Source: Candidatus Poribacteria bacterium (GTDB lineage Bacteria > Poribacteria > WGA-4E > PCPOR2b). Taken from it: DNA of 64,000 nt. Below the pieces are notes generated by a model. That model had not been told where the DNA came from. It worked only from the letters and a program-made list of their open reading frames with translations, and made no database searches. The stretch covers positions 2,208,001 through 2,272,000 of the forward strand of contig OZ244042.1 of the NCBI GenBank assembly GCA_965215015.1, written 5' to 3'. The translations under genes were made by a program, and so were the position numbers. Each line of letters opens with the position of its first letter. Positions within the stretch are counted from its first letter, which is position 1. Below, one piece after another: positions 20,403-29,522 of the stretch.

Positions 20403-20501
20403 TGTGCTCTGCCTCCTATAGGTGATTGCAGCTCGCCCCCTTGTTAGGAAGAGAGCTAGCTGCAATCGAAAAACAAAGACATTCAAGTAGAAAAAGCGGA
20501 A

Positions 20502-20785
20502 TTAGCCTCCCCAGTCACTGCAACTAAAAGTGGTACACTCTGCCGCCGCTCTAGAACATACACGATTAGCCTCGTGGTACTAGAACTCACACCAACCACT
20601 GTACGGAAACATAGCACAAACTTGCTGTGCCACCCAGATAGCGTAGCAACAAGCGTTTCTTGCAGATGGACAATCGTGATGTGCCTCCGCATCTTGTACC
20701 TGAAAAGCCCCATACATCCCAAAACCAACTACCAATATCCCACAACCAACAACGAAACTTTCAACCGTCCTTTTGTTGCAAACAT
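20502..20785 (-). pseudogene. Secreted 8-cysteine peptide gene interrupted by a 1-nt frameshift and an in-frame TAG
   Basis: TAAGGAG RBS; MFATKGRLKVSLLVVG[fs ~20738]ILVVGFGMYGAFQVQDAEA|HHDCPSARNACCYAIWVAQQVCAMFPYSGWCEF*YHEANRVCSRAAAECTTFSCSDWGG*; 284 nt is one short of 95 codons. Confidence 0.65.
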
Positions 20786-21103
20786 TGAAAATCTCCTTAT
20801 TACCATCGTTTGTCCCAAAAACAAAAAAGGGCTGCATCATCGATATTCTCGAATCGCGCAGCCCTTTGTTTTAGGTAGAAACAGGGGACGAAAAAGGATT
20901 ATATTATTGGCGATTGTAATCCCAACCCATTTCGAGGCACACTCTCATTTCGTTTCGGGAGCTCCGAGAAGAGCCCTTGAGGCTCCCACAATCTCCGCAA
21001 TCGCATCATCCTAAAGGAGTTGGCGAATCTAGCAGAAGAGTTGAAGATTGACATTCGTTGCGAATGGTGAGAAGAACGTTGCTCACTTGCTCTTGACTAC
21101 GCC

Positions 21104-21874
21104 CTACCACCGCCATTCTTTGGGACGCCACAGATGCTCTTCCTGTACCCCCAATTCCTTCAAAATCGGCTCAAGTTCCGATAATCCTCTTAGCTCATCA
21201 GTCTTATGGGCGTCGCTACCAACAAGCAGTTTCACTTCCCGCTCTAGACACAACTGGTAAAACTCAATTAAGTGCCTCTGATTGTATCGGACAAACTTGG
21301 GACTGATTTCAATGGCAATTTCGCGCTGGGAGGCGAGGTCTAACTGGTGAATCAGTCGTTTCTGATCGATGTGCCGCATCATCTCACTTCCAAATGCCGA
21401 TACCTCCTCATTGGACAAGCGGAAGACATTCGGCGTCAGAACAAATGGATGGGCGACAGCATCGGTTAGCGGACAAGCAATAGCGGCTTCAAACATATAG
21501 AGTTCATGGTTCGCAACTCTTCTGGGATTGCCGAGATCTGACGGGAGCGCAACTCCACGCAGATGATAATGGTTTGGTGCCATCAAAACATAATCAAAGT
21601 ATGATGCCAGCTGAATATTGATGGAAGCAACTCGGTATTCCAAGATGTGTGATTCAACGCCAAAGTGAACAGGAATTGGCGGCTCACACTTCTGGATAAT
21701 TTTTCTGACCGCTTCAATGTTCTTGGCTTTATAGCCATACGCATAATCGTGATCGGTGATGCCGATTTCCTTCATGCCGCGTTCTTGTTGGATTTTAATA
21801 ACTTTTTCTATATCAAAATCTCTAGCAGCACAAGGGGAAAGTCTCGTATGTATATGATAATCACAATTGAACAT
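21104..21874 (-). CDS. PHP-domain phosphoesterase
   Basis: DYHIHT, ITDH, VAHP and GSDAH metal-binding motifs. Confidence 0.9.
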   Translation of the reverse strand: MFNCDYHIHTRLSPCAARDFDIEKVIKIQQERGMKEIGITDHDYAYGYKAKNIEAVRKIIQKCEPPIPVHFGVESHILEYRVASINIQLASYFDYVLMAPNHYHLRGVALPSDLGNPRRVANHELYMFEAAIACPLTDAVAHPFVLTPNVFRLSNEEVSAFGSEMMRHIDQKRLIHQLDLASQREIAIEISPKFVRYNQRHLIEFYQLCLEREVKLLVGSDAHKTDELRGLSELEPILKELGVQEEHLWRPKEWRW

Positions 21875-21982
21875 GCTTTGGACTCCTTCAGTAAAGACAA
21901 CCCCAACACGCTGGCTGATTAATATATGATTGCAAATAGTTATTTATTGAATCTAACGTTGGAATTATCATATCGTTCCGAT

Positions 21983-22011
21983 ATTATGACAGATACTGAA
22001 AACGATTGCAA
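21983..22011 (-). promoter_or_regulatory. Sigma70-type promoter of the PHP gene overlapped by a LacI-type operator
   Basis: TTGCAA-17-CATAAT with a TG extension; TGAAAACGATTGCA (21997-22010) fits TGNAANCGNTTNCA. Confidence 0.5.
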
Positions 22012-22127
22012 GCAAAAAAGATAGAAGAAACAAATTCCCTAAGAATCTCTCCCATCTCTTCCCTTTTTCCCTACCTTATTTTTACACCTTTTTTCTTATC
22101 AAAAAATCCTTTAGGTTTGGGGGCATG

Positions 22128-23123
22128 TCACAGGGGCAGATCTATTGAGCAGCCCTGATCCGCGGACATATAAAACGCCTGCATCAGTTCAGTGAGGTTG
22201 CGACCATCTTGAATTGTGATGTGCATCGGCTCATCACGCAGGATGCTATTAACCCACTGCTGCATCGCCGAAGGTGGTGGTTCAGGACGACTAACGATGT
22301 AGTCCGCTTTTTCTTCGTCCGAGAGCTTGCGCGTTTCAAAGTGCATATCACCGTAATCGATAACAATCGAACCTTCCGTTCCGTAGAGTTCGAGCATGTT
22401 CGGGCCAGAACGGTGTGTCCATGAAACATCAATGATTCCAAGTGCCTTGTTCGCAAACTCAACTACCGAGACGCTGTTGTCATCAATTGGGTAGTTACTT
22501 GTGAAGTTATTAATCTTGGAGATGGCACTCTTCGGCTCACCCATAAACCAACGGATGACGTCCACCCGGTGGCAACCCAGATCGAACAATGCACCGCCGC
22601 CCGCCCGCTTTGTGTCGCCGAACCAGAGACTGGTACCTTTGAACCATTTATCCAATCCCGCCGAATGTGCAATACGTCCACGGCCAAAAGTAAGGTCCCC
22701 CAAGAGCCCGTCCTCAAGAGCTTTCTTCGCGAGCACAAGATCGGGGTTACAACGCGATGGTAGCGAGATCATGAACTTCACCCCTGCCTTCTCCACAACT
22801 TCGATAATCTGGTCGCATTCATCAACGGTAATGGCAAGGGCTTTTTCGGTGAAGATATGTTTACCCGCTTCCGCCGCCGCAATCATTACTTTAGGGTGAT
22901 CCGAAGTTATTGCATTAACGACAACGGCGTCGATGTCAGCCCGAGCGAGGATTTGGTCCAAATCCGAATAGAATGGGACATTGTATTCTTCAGCGGCCTG
23001 TTTGCCTCCGTATTCCTCTTCGTCCCAAACAGCCGCTAATTCGGTTTCTGGGCTTTCCCGAATCTGGTTAGCATATCCTCTTGCGTGGACGTGAGCAAAA
23101 CTGAGTTTGGCGATTTTAATCAT
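22128..23123 (-). CDS. Gfo/Idh/MocA family oxidoreductase
   Basis: AGKHIFTEKAL, GGGALFDLGCHRVD; TAAGGAG RBS before MIKIAKL. Confidence 0.92.
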   Translation of the reverse strand: MIKIAKLSFAHVHARGYANQIRESPETELAAVWDEEEYGGKQAAEEYNVPFYSDLDQILARADIDAVVVNAITSDHPKVMIAAAEAGKHIFTEKALAITVDECDQIIEVVEKAGVKFMISLPSRCNPDLVLAKKALEDGLLGDLTFGRGRIAHSAGLDKWFKGTSLWFGDTKRAGGGALFDLGCHRVDVIRWFMGEPKSAISKINNFTSNYPIDDNSVSVVEFANKALGIIDVSWTHRSGPNMLELYGTEGSIVIDYGDMHFETRKLSDEEKADYIVSRPEPPPSAMQQWVNSILRDEPMHITIQDGRNLTELMQAFYMSADQGCSIDLPL

Positions 23124-23166
23124 ATTATGACTCCTTAGTGATTCTGAATCTGGGGGTATCACTGCT

Positions 23167-23407
23167 TTATAATAAAGGTTGTGCTGCATCCCGTGGTCTT
23201 TTCAATATGGATTCACTATTTAATGCTTCTGCCCAATCCGCTAGATAATCCAGATCCAGTTTTTCATATTCGACTTCATAGATTCGCAATGAAGAATTTC
23301 TTGCTAAACTTGGATAATTCAAATGCTTTCATCAACTGTTGTTCAGGCGACAGGTGCCGAAGGACTTCAATATATTGTTTATGATTTGGACGTTCTTTGA
23401 TATCCAT
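23167..23407 (-). pseudogene. Internally deleted remnant of a small two-gene module (TA/nucleotidyltransferase-like)
   Basis: MDIKERPNHKQYIEVLRHLSPEQQLMKAFELSKF...* (23407-23276) is joined to an orphan C-terminus IYEVEYEKLDLDYLADWAEALNSESILKR...* in another frame. Confidence 0.45.
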
Positions 23408-23421
23408 ATTCTGTCACACCT

Positions 23422-24369
23422 TTATTTTTTTGATGTTCCTTCGTCAGAAATTGTAGAACTCGTAATCTCTAAAAATAGATCCGCCAATCCGTATTCAGTT
23501 CTCTGAAAACGTGAAACTGTGACATCTCCGCGAATCAAATCTTTTAGTAAGCTGGTAATTTCTACCTCCGTCATTTGTGATTCAATCTGGATTAGCGTGT
23601 CTGTAATTTGTAGAGAAACCACCCCCGACCTTTCATTGAGAATGGCTTGAGCGGCCTCCATACCTGATGTGACTTCGATTTCCAGTCGATGCTGCCCCCC
23701 ATACCGATTGGAAATGTCGCGCATCTCTCCGTAAAACGCAAAACGTCCCTCATTCAGAATGCCAATACGGTTGCATGGGGTTATCACATCAGCCAGACAG
23801 TTTGTCGCCAGAATCGCTATTTTACCCATCGCGCCCAGTTCTTGGATTAATACCCCCATTTCGGCTTGCCCTTGCAGATCTAAGAGTGAAATCGGTGCGT
23901 CAAACAACCAAACCAACGGATCGTGCAGGAAGGTTTTGGCTAAACACAATCGTTGTTTCTGCCCCAGCGACAAGTGTTGAATTTTTTGGTCTCGCAGCGT
24001 TGCCAGATCCATTAAATCCAGAACGTCTTGGATGCCCATCGCACGCTGTCCTTTTTCCAATTTATAGGCGGCAGCGAAAAACTCAAGATATTCCTGAATA
24101 GAGAGGGTTGGATAGCCCTCAAAGGTTTGGGGAACATAGCCGATGAGGGGGCGCACAATACGAACATCCTTCATTGCATCATATCCAGCGATTTCTATAG
24201 AACCAGAGGTCGGCTTAATCAGCGTTGCGATGATCTTTATGAGAAGCGTTTTGCCTGAACCATTTGGTCCTAACAGTGCCAGACGATCCCCAGCTTCTAA
24301 ACGAAAATTTAGATCGGTGAGAATCGGTTTCTCCTGAAAAGATTTGCACAATTCTTGGACGCGAATCAC
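23422..24369 (-). CDS. ABC-2-type ATP-binding protein with degenerate catalytic motifs
   Basis: GPNGSGKT; signature LSLGQ; Walker B WLFDAP; no H-loop His (ATNC); GTG start with GGAG RBS. Confidence 0.8.
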   Translation of the reverse strand: MIRVQELCKSFQEKPILTDLNFRLEAGDRLALLGPNGSGKTLLIKIIATLIKPTSGSIEIAGYDAMKDVRIVRPLIGYVPQTFEGYPTLSIQEYLEFFAAAYKLEKGQRAMGIQDVLDLMDLATLRDQKIQHLSLGQKQRLCLAKTFLHDPLVWLFDAPISLLDLQGQAEMGVLIQELGAMGKIAILATNCLADVITPCNRIGILNEGRFAFYGEMRDISNRYGGQHRLEIEVTSGMEAAQAILNERSGVVSLQITDTLIQIESQMTEVEITSLLKDLIRGDVTVSRFQRTEYGLADLFLEITSSTISDEGTSKK

Positions 24370-24624
24370 AACTTGAAAATCTCCGAAGTTGGGGAAAAGT
24401 TCCAAAAGTAACGTGTATTGTTTTGTTTTCGGTAGGGAATAACGGTTGTGGCTCTCTGCTTTAACCGCAGCGACTCTCCTTCCCAACGCACAGTAGTAGG
24501 CGCGTTCCGATGTGCGATAATTTGCACGACGGTTACAGCATACCGAGTATACCCAACCATTACACATTATAGCACGTGAATCTCGATTTGGAAATGGTAA
24601 TTCTGTAAAAGGGGCGAAATCATT

Positions 24625-25961
24625 TCATTTACCCCCATTTTTTTTTGGTTATAGATTTGAGATATTTTTATGATTTAGGATAGTGAGAATACCTGTCATT
24701 AAGGGTGTTTGCATGTATCTCCCCTGCACAGTGGGAGTGTGAACCATGGATTGAGACACCACCCGCTCCACGCCTCAGCCACCACTCGCTTTATCACGGT
24801 AATGAGTGAGTATATTTTAGTCCGTGTGTTGAATGTTTTTGCCCATCGATCGCCTGACTTTTGATAGGTGATAAACAGTAAGCCATAACTGATACAAGCT
24901 AAGAGCCATAACAGGTTGATGCGGGCTTTTGACGGTTTTTTGAGTCTCAAGCTGCCAAAGCCAAAACCGGTCTTGATGTCCCGAAAGCCGTGTTCAATCT
25001 GCATTCTTCGCTTATAATAGTGGTATATTTGACGCCCCGTCAGATGACTTGAAATCAGATACATCGGTTCAGCCAACCGCGCCTCTCTGACGACATACAG
25101 GTTGAGTCGAATCGGCTCGGTTAAGTGATAGAGAATCTGTGGATAGAACCCCGTTTCCTGCAACTGTTCTGCCTTTTTAACAGTGCCCCAGACGGTCATG
25201 CGCGCGTTACGACACACGCGGATGATAAACGGAATCCGTTGTGTCTTGAGAAACTTTATCACATATTTAGCACGCGCGAAGCCTCTATCGAATATCAACG
25301 TGGCTTCACACGGGGGCGGTAAAATCGCTTCTGTCTTTTGATACAGTGTGAGACAAAAGCGTTGGATAATCTCATTATGGCTGGTATAGGTCAACTGTTG
25401 AATCTCAGCATCGGTGTAGAGGTGCCAGTAGATAGGAACCGCCCGGCGGCGGAACGGCACCGCGGCAACAATCGCTTTGAAATGGCCAAACACCTGGGTT
25501 TCATCCACTAAAATCAACCGGCGTCCGGCGTGACGTTCACAGACCCGGCGGAGCACAAAGCCCAACCAGCACCCCATCACCGCGTCAATAGGAAAGCGAC
25601 GAGCTAAGAATCGAAGCAGGCGTTTCTGTTTCGTCTTTTGATGTTTGACGGCTACTGGCAAGCGTAAAGCAATTTCGTTTATCCGAAACTTCTGGGCCAA
25701 CACAATGGCTAGGATCGTGAGTATCAGGTTTTTTAACGCCGGTTTTTTCAATACGGGGTTGAAAATCTCGGTCAGAGTGGTTATCATAGAACTGGGATTC
25801 ACCCGCTTATGGCGGTGGGTGCCTTTCATAATACCTCCTTGTTTAAAACAATGGTTATTTTATACAGGGAGGTATTTTACCATATTTGATAACCCTTTCT
25901 CACATCTAGACCTCGCAAAAACAACCAACATTACAACTCTAAAAAAAATGGGGGTAAGTGA
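24625..25961 (-). mobile_element. Complete IS4-family-like insertion sequence
   Basis: TIRs tcatttacccccatttttttt / aaaaaaaatgggggtaagtga (1 mismatch); flanking direct repeat ggcgaaatcat at 24613-24623 and 25962-25972. Confidence 0.85.
24699..25829 (-). CDS. DDE transposase (IS4 family)
   Basis: LVDET, IFDRGF, and the YREK motif YKRRMQIEHGFRDIK; GGAGG RBS. Confidence 0.9.
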   Translation of the reverse strand: MKGTHRHKRVNPSSMITTLTEIFNPVLKKPALKNLILTILAIVLAQKFRINEIALRLPVAVKHQKTKQKRLLRFLARRFPIDAVMGCWLGFVLRRVCERHAGRRLILVDETQVFGHFKAIVAAVPFRRRAVPIYWHLYTDAEIQQLTYTSHNEIIQRFCLTLYQKTEAILPPPCEATLIFDRGFARAKYVIKFLKTQRIPFIIRVCRNARMTVWGTVKKAEQLQETGFYPQILYHLTEPIRLNLYVVREARLAEPMYLISSHLTGRQIYHYYKRRMQIEHGFRDIKTGFGFGSLRLKKPSKARINLLWLLACISYGLLFITYQKSGDRWAKTFNTRTKIYSLITVIKRVVAEAWSGWCLNPWFTLPLCRGDTCKHP

Positions 25962-25975
25962 GGCGAAATCATCGG

Positions 25976-26005
25976 TTGACTCTATCCTTCAATTTGTAGT
26001 ATAAT
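25976..26005 (+). promoter_or_regulatory. Sigma70-type promoter of tyrS
   Basis: TTGACT-18-TATAAT immediately right of the IS target duplication. Confidence 0.6.
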
Positions 26006-26095
26006 TAGCCAACGCATTATTCAATTCATACGACTTCTAAACATCAAATTTCTTAGTCCCGATCTTTTATCGGAGGAGGCATTGAGGAATACAAG

Positions 26096-27325
26096 GTGCA
26101 TGTAGAATTAAACATTGACGAACAGGTGGCACTTATTCGCAGAGGTGCCGCAGAGATTATCTCTGAGGCAGAACTCGCTCAAAAATTAGAGACTGCGAGA
26201 ACAGAAAAACGTCCCCTTCGTATCAAACTTGGATTAGATCCAACAGCACCGGATATCCACCTTGGTATTGCAGTTGTCTTGCGCAAACTGCGCCAGTTTC
26301 AGGATCTCGGGCACGAGGTTATCCTTATTATCGGTGACTTTACGGCAACGATTGGGGATCCAAGTGGCAAATCGAAAACGCGACCGCAACTAACAGCAGA
26401 AGAGGTCAAGCGTCACGCTAGAACCTATGCAGACCAATATTGCATGATCTTGGACGAAGCCAAGACCCGCGTTGTGTTCAACGGTGAATGGCTTGATGAG
26501 ATGTCTTTTGGGGATGTCATTAGACTTAGTGCCCAAACAACGGTGGCACGCATTTTGGAACGAGATGACTTTACCAATAGGCTCCAAGCCGGTGCTTCGG
26601 TTGGGATGCATGAACTCCTTTATCCGATTTGTCAGGGCTACGATTCTGTCGTCTTGGAAGCAGATGTAGAGATGGGGGGGACGGATCAGAAATTCAATAT
26701 CCTGATGGGACGTGACCTCCAACGCGCTTATGGACAAGAACCCCAAGTAATCCTGTTAATGCCGTTACTTGTCGGTCTCGATGGGATTGAGAAAATGAGC
26801 AAATCGTTAGGGAACTCTGTTGGAATCTATGAACCGCCCTCCGAAATGTATGCCAAGTTGATGTCCATCCCCGATAAACTCATGTCTACCTATTTCGAGT
26901 TGGCGACAGATATACCGCTCGACGAAATTCGTACGTTTGAAACGCAATTAGTAAATGGAAGCCTCCATCCCAAGACCGTCAAACAGCGGCTTGCCCGTGA
27001 GATTGTGACAATCTACCATAGTTCAGATGCGGCGCAGACAGCGGAAGCTGAATTTGATCGGGTACATCGCGATCGACAACTTCCCGATAATCTCCCCGAA
27101 GTTGTTATTCCAGCGTCTTCCCTCACTGATGGCAAGATCTGGATTGCTCATCTGATGCAGCAAGCCGGTTTTGCCAAGAGTTCTAGTGATGCTAGACGCT
27201 TGGTGCAACAAGGTGGGGTGCGCCTCGATGGCCACAGAATCACGGATCCAGCGTTGGAGGTCTCTTTACAGGGAGAAGCCATCCTGCAAGTCGGGAAGCG
27301 GCGGTTTGCGAAGTTAATCATTTAG
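26096..27325 (+). CDS. tyrS: Tyrosine--tRNA ligase
   Basis: LDPTAPDIHLG (HIGH), GGTDQKFN, KMSKS, C-terminal S4 domain. Confidence 0.97.
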   Translation: MHVELNIDEQVALIRRGAAEIISEAELAQKLETARTEKRPLRIKLGLDPTAPDIHLGIAVVLRKLRQFQDLGHEVILIIGDFTATIGDPSGKSKTRPQLTAEEVKRHARTYADQYCMILDEAKTRVVFNGEWLDEMSFGDVIRLSAQTTVARILERDDFTNRLQAGASVGMHELLYPICQGYDSVVLEADVEMGGTDQKFNILMGRDLQRAYGQEPQVILLMPLLVGLDGIEKMSKSLGNSVGIYEPPSEMYAKLMSIPDKLMSTYFELATDIPLDEIRTFETQLVNGSLHPKTVKQRLAREIVTIYHSSDAAQTAEAEFDRVHRDRQLPDNLPEVVIPASSLTDGKIWIAHLMQQAGFAKSSSDARRLVQQGGVRLDGHRITDPALEVSLQGEAILQVGKRRFAKLII

Positions 27326-27511
27326 CATTTGGTGTCCGATTGGGTGGAGGAGGTGTATCGGTCGAGGTCTGAATCTCCACCGACAACGCTTCGAGAGGGC
27401 AACGGCGTAAGTCCTATCTGCATTAAAATAGGTTTGCCGAATCTGATTTTATCGCAAAGGATCTCAGGTTGGCAGGTGGAGATTAGGGGTAAGTCCAATG
27501 GGTATTAAAAT

Positions 27512-28282
27512 ATGATTTTTGTGACCAACGATGATGGGATTGACGCACCGGGGCTGGAAGCCCTCGCGGAGGCACTTGAAACTCTCGATGAGGTTTATGT
27601 TGTGGCACCAGATCGGGAACGAAGTGCTGTCGGTATGGCGATTACGCTTTATCAACCGCTTAGAGCCAAGCAGGTTCGGACGCGCGCCTACGCGGTTGAT
27701 GGGACACCGGTTGATTGCGTGGACCTTGCACTCGGTACCCTGCTCCCCGAACCACCAAAATTGCTGGTCTCTGGCATCAATCGGGGGCAGAATCTCGGGG
27801 CTGATATTCACTTTTCAGGCACAGTTGGGGCGGCGAAAAAAGGAACGCTATCAGGGATTCCGTCAGTTGCGGTTTCCCTCGCTTTAGAGGGGGTAGGAGA
27901 ACAATCTGACTTCCACTACAAAACAGCAGCAACGGTTGCGTGTCGCATTGCCAAGCAGGTAATCGAGAAGGGAATGCCAAGCCATATCCTGCTTAATGTC
28001 AACGTGCCGAATTGTCGGTTTTCGGAGGTTAAAGGCATTAAGATAACACGACAAGACCGTGGAAATTATAGTATAAATGCTCTCACGCGACTAGATCGGG
28101 GAGGACGCCCCTACTACTGGATTGGTGGAGAACGCACCCAAATTGACTTTGGAGGAGATACAGACCTCCATGCGATTCACAATCGACGTGTTTCAATTAC
28201 GCCCGTGCAGCTTGACTTTACAGACCACACCCTCATCACACCACTAAAGGCTTGGCTGGATGATGAAAATATGCAACTATAG
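27512..28282 (+). CDS. surE: 5'/3'-nucleotidase SurE
   Basis: TNDDGIDAPG, GTPVDCV, SGINRGQNLG, SGTVGAA. Confidence 0.96.
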   Translation: MIFVTNDDGIDAPGLEALAEALETLDEVYVVAPDRERSAVGMAITLYQPLRAKQVRTRAYAVDGTPVDCVDLALGTLLPEPPKLLVSGINRGQNLGADIHFSGTVGAAKKGTLSGIPSVAVSLALEGVGEQSDFHYKTAATVACRIAKQVIEKGMPSHILLNVNVPNCRFSEVKGIKITRQDRGNYSINALTRLDRGGRPYYWIGGERTQIDFGGDTDLHAIHNRRVSITPVQLDFTDHTLITPLKAWLDDENMQL

Positions 28283-28302
28283 TCTGAAAACGGAGAGGAG
28301 AC

Positions 28303-29331
28303 TTGCTTTATTTGACTCTTGTTCTCAAAGGATGTTGTATCGGCGTGGCGAATATTATTCCCGGTGTGAGCGGCGGCACAATGGCGGTTATGCTTGGCAT
28401 CTATGAACGATTAATTCGCGCCTTGCACCACATCGGATTTTCAACAGTTAGAAAACTTTTGGCAATTTTTACCTTAAAAAAGGGTACAATATCTGAAGCG
28501 CGTGCAGAGCTGCGTCGTATCGATTTCCGATTTTTGATAGCCATTGCCTTCGGTGCACTGTTTTCTGTCGTTGTGTCAGCCAGACTGATTATTTATCTGC
28601 TGAAAGAGCAGCATGATCCGACTTATGGTTTCTTTTGTGGACTGGTGCTGACCTCTGTTATCATTCCATTCAAAATGCTGAAACACTTCACCGTTAAAGA
28701 GTGTGTTTCCCTTCTTCTTGCTGCAGGGTTAACGGTGGCATTGACACTTAGCATGAGTGGAGAGAAAAGACTGGAAAGTGAGCGACGAAAACATGAACTG
28801 AAGGAGAGTCACTTCAGCAGAAGTATAATTACAGAGACGGATACCTCTACAACCACTCCAGGAGAAATATCAAAAGACACAAATCACACGATTGGCAAAC
28901 TACTTTATTTGTCCCTTTGTAGTGTTATTGCGGTTTCCGCGATGGTTCTTCCCGGTATCAGCGGTTCATTCGTCTTTCTCTTGTTGGGCGTTTATTTCGA
29001 CATACTAGCGTCGGTGAATAATCGGGACTGGATTGTGATAGGGTTTGTTGCTTTAGGTGGCATTGTCGGGTTGTTAGCGTTCACCCGGTTGTTAAATTAT
29101 GTCCTTGAACGTCATTACGATTCGACAGTATCTTTCTTAATTGGATTGATGGTTGCTTCACTCTACGGGCTTTGGCCCTTCCGAAGTTATGAAATGGTTG
29201 GTGAGGAACGTATCGACATCGCTCATATTCTACCACAAGCTGACATGAATCTGATTATCACAATTTTAGCCTCTCTGATTGGTTGTGGAGTGGTTCTACT
29301 GTTTTATCGTTTGGAAAGTCAAAGAAACTGA
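28303..29331 (+). CDS. DUF368 membrane protein (undecaprenyl-phosphate translocase family)
   Basis: Twin PGVSGG and PGISGS re-entrant motifs with multiple TM segments. Confidence 0.88.
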   Translation: MLYLTLVLKGCCIGVANIIPGVSGGTMAVMLGIYERLIRALHHIGFSTVRKLLAIFTLKKGTISEARAELRRIDFRFLIAIAFGALFSVVVSARLIIYLLKEQHDPTYGFFCGLVLTSVIIPFKMLKHFTVKECVSLLLAAGLTVALTLSMSGEKRLESERRKHELKESHFSRSIITETDTSTTTPGEISKDTNHTIGKLLYLSLCSVIAVSAMVLPGISGSFVFLLLGVYFDILASVNNRDWIVIGFVALGGIVGLLAFTRLLNYVLERHYDSTVSFLIGLMVASLYGLWPFRSYEMVGEERIDIAHILPQADMNLIITILASLIGCGVVLLFYRLESQRN

Positions 29332-29522
29332 TGCTAATCGGGTAGGTTCTATTGAAATTTGAAAATTAAACTAATCTCAATCTGCCTTGAGGCCATTTTG
29401 GACGACTATCTATTTTTTTAGAGGTAGGGCGATGATTACAGCATTTCCTAAATTCGTGCAGCGAAATGTCAATACCCGCTAGTGAGTCTTACTATACACC
29501 TGCCCTGATAGGAATGAACAAC

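Noticed and set aside
26006-26095. T-box leader for tyrS
   Set aside because: Too short and no T-box consensus.
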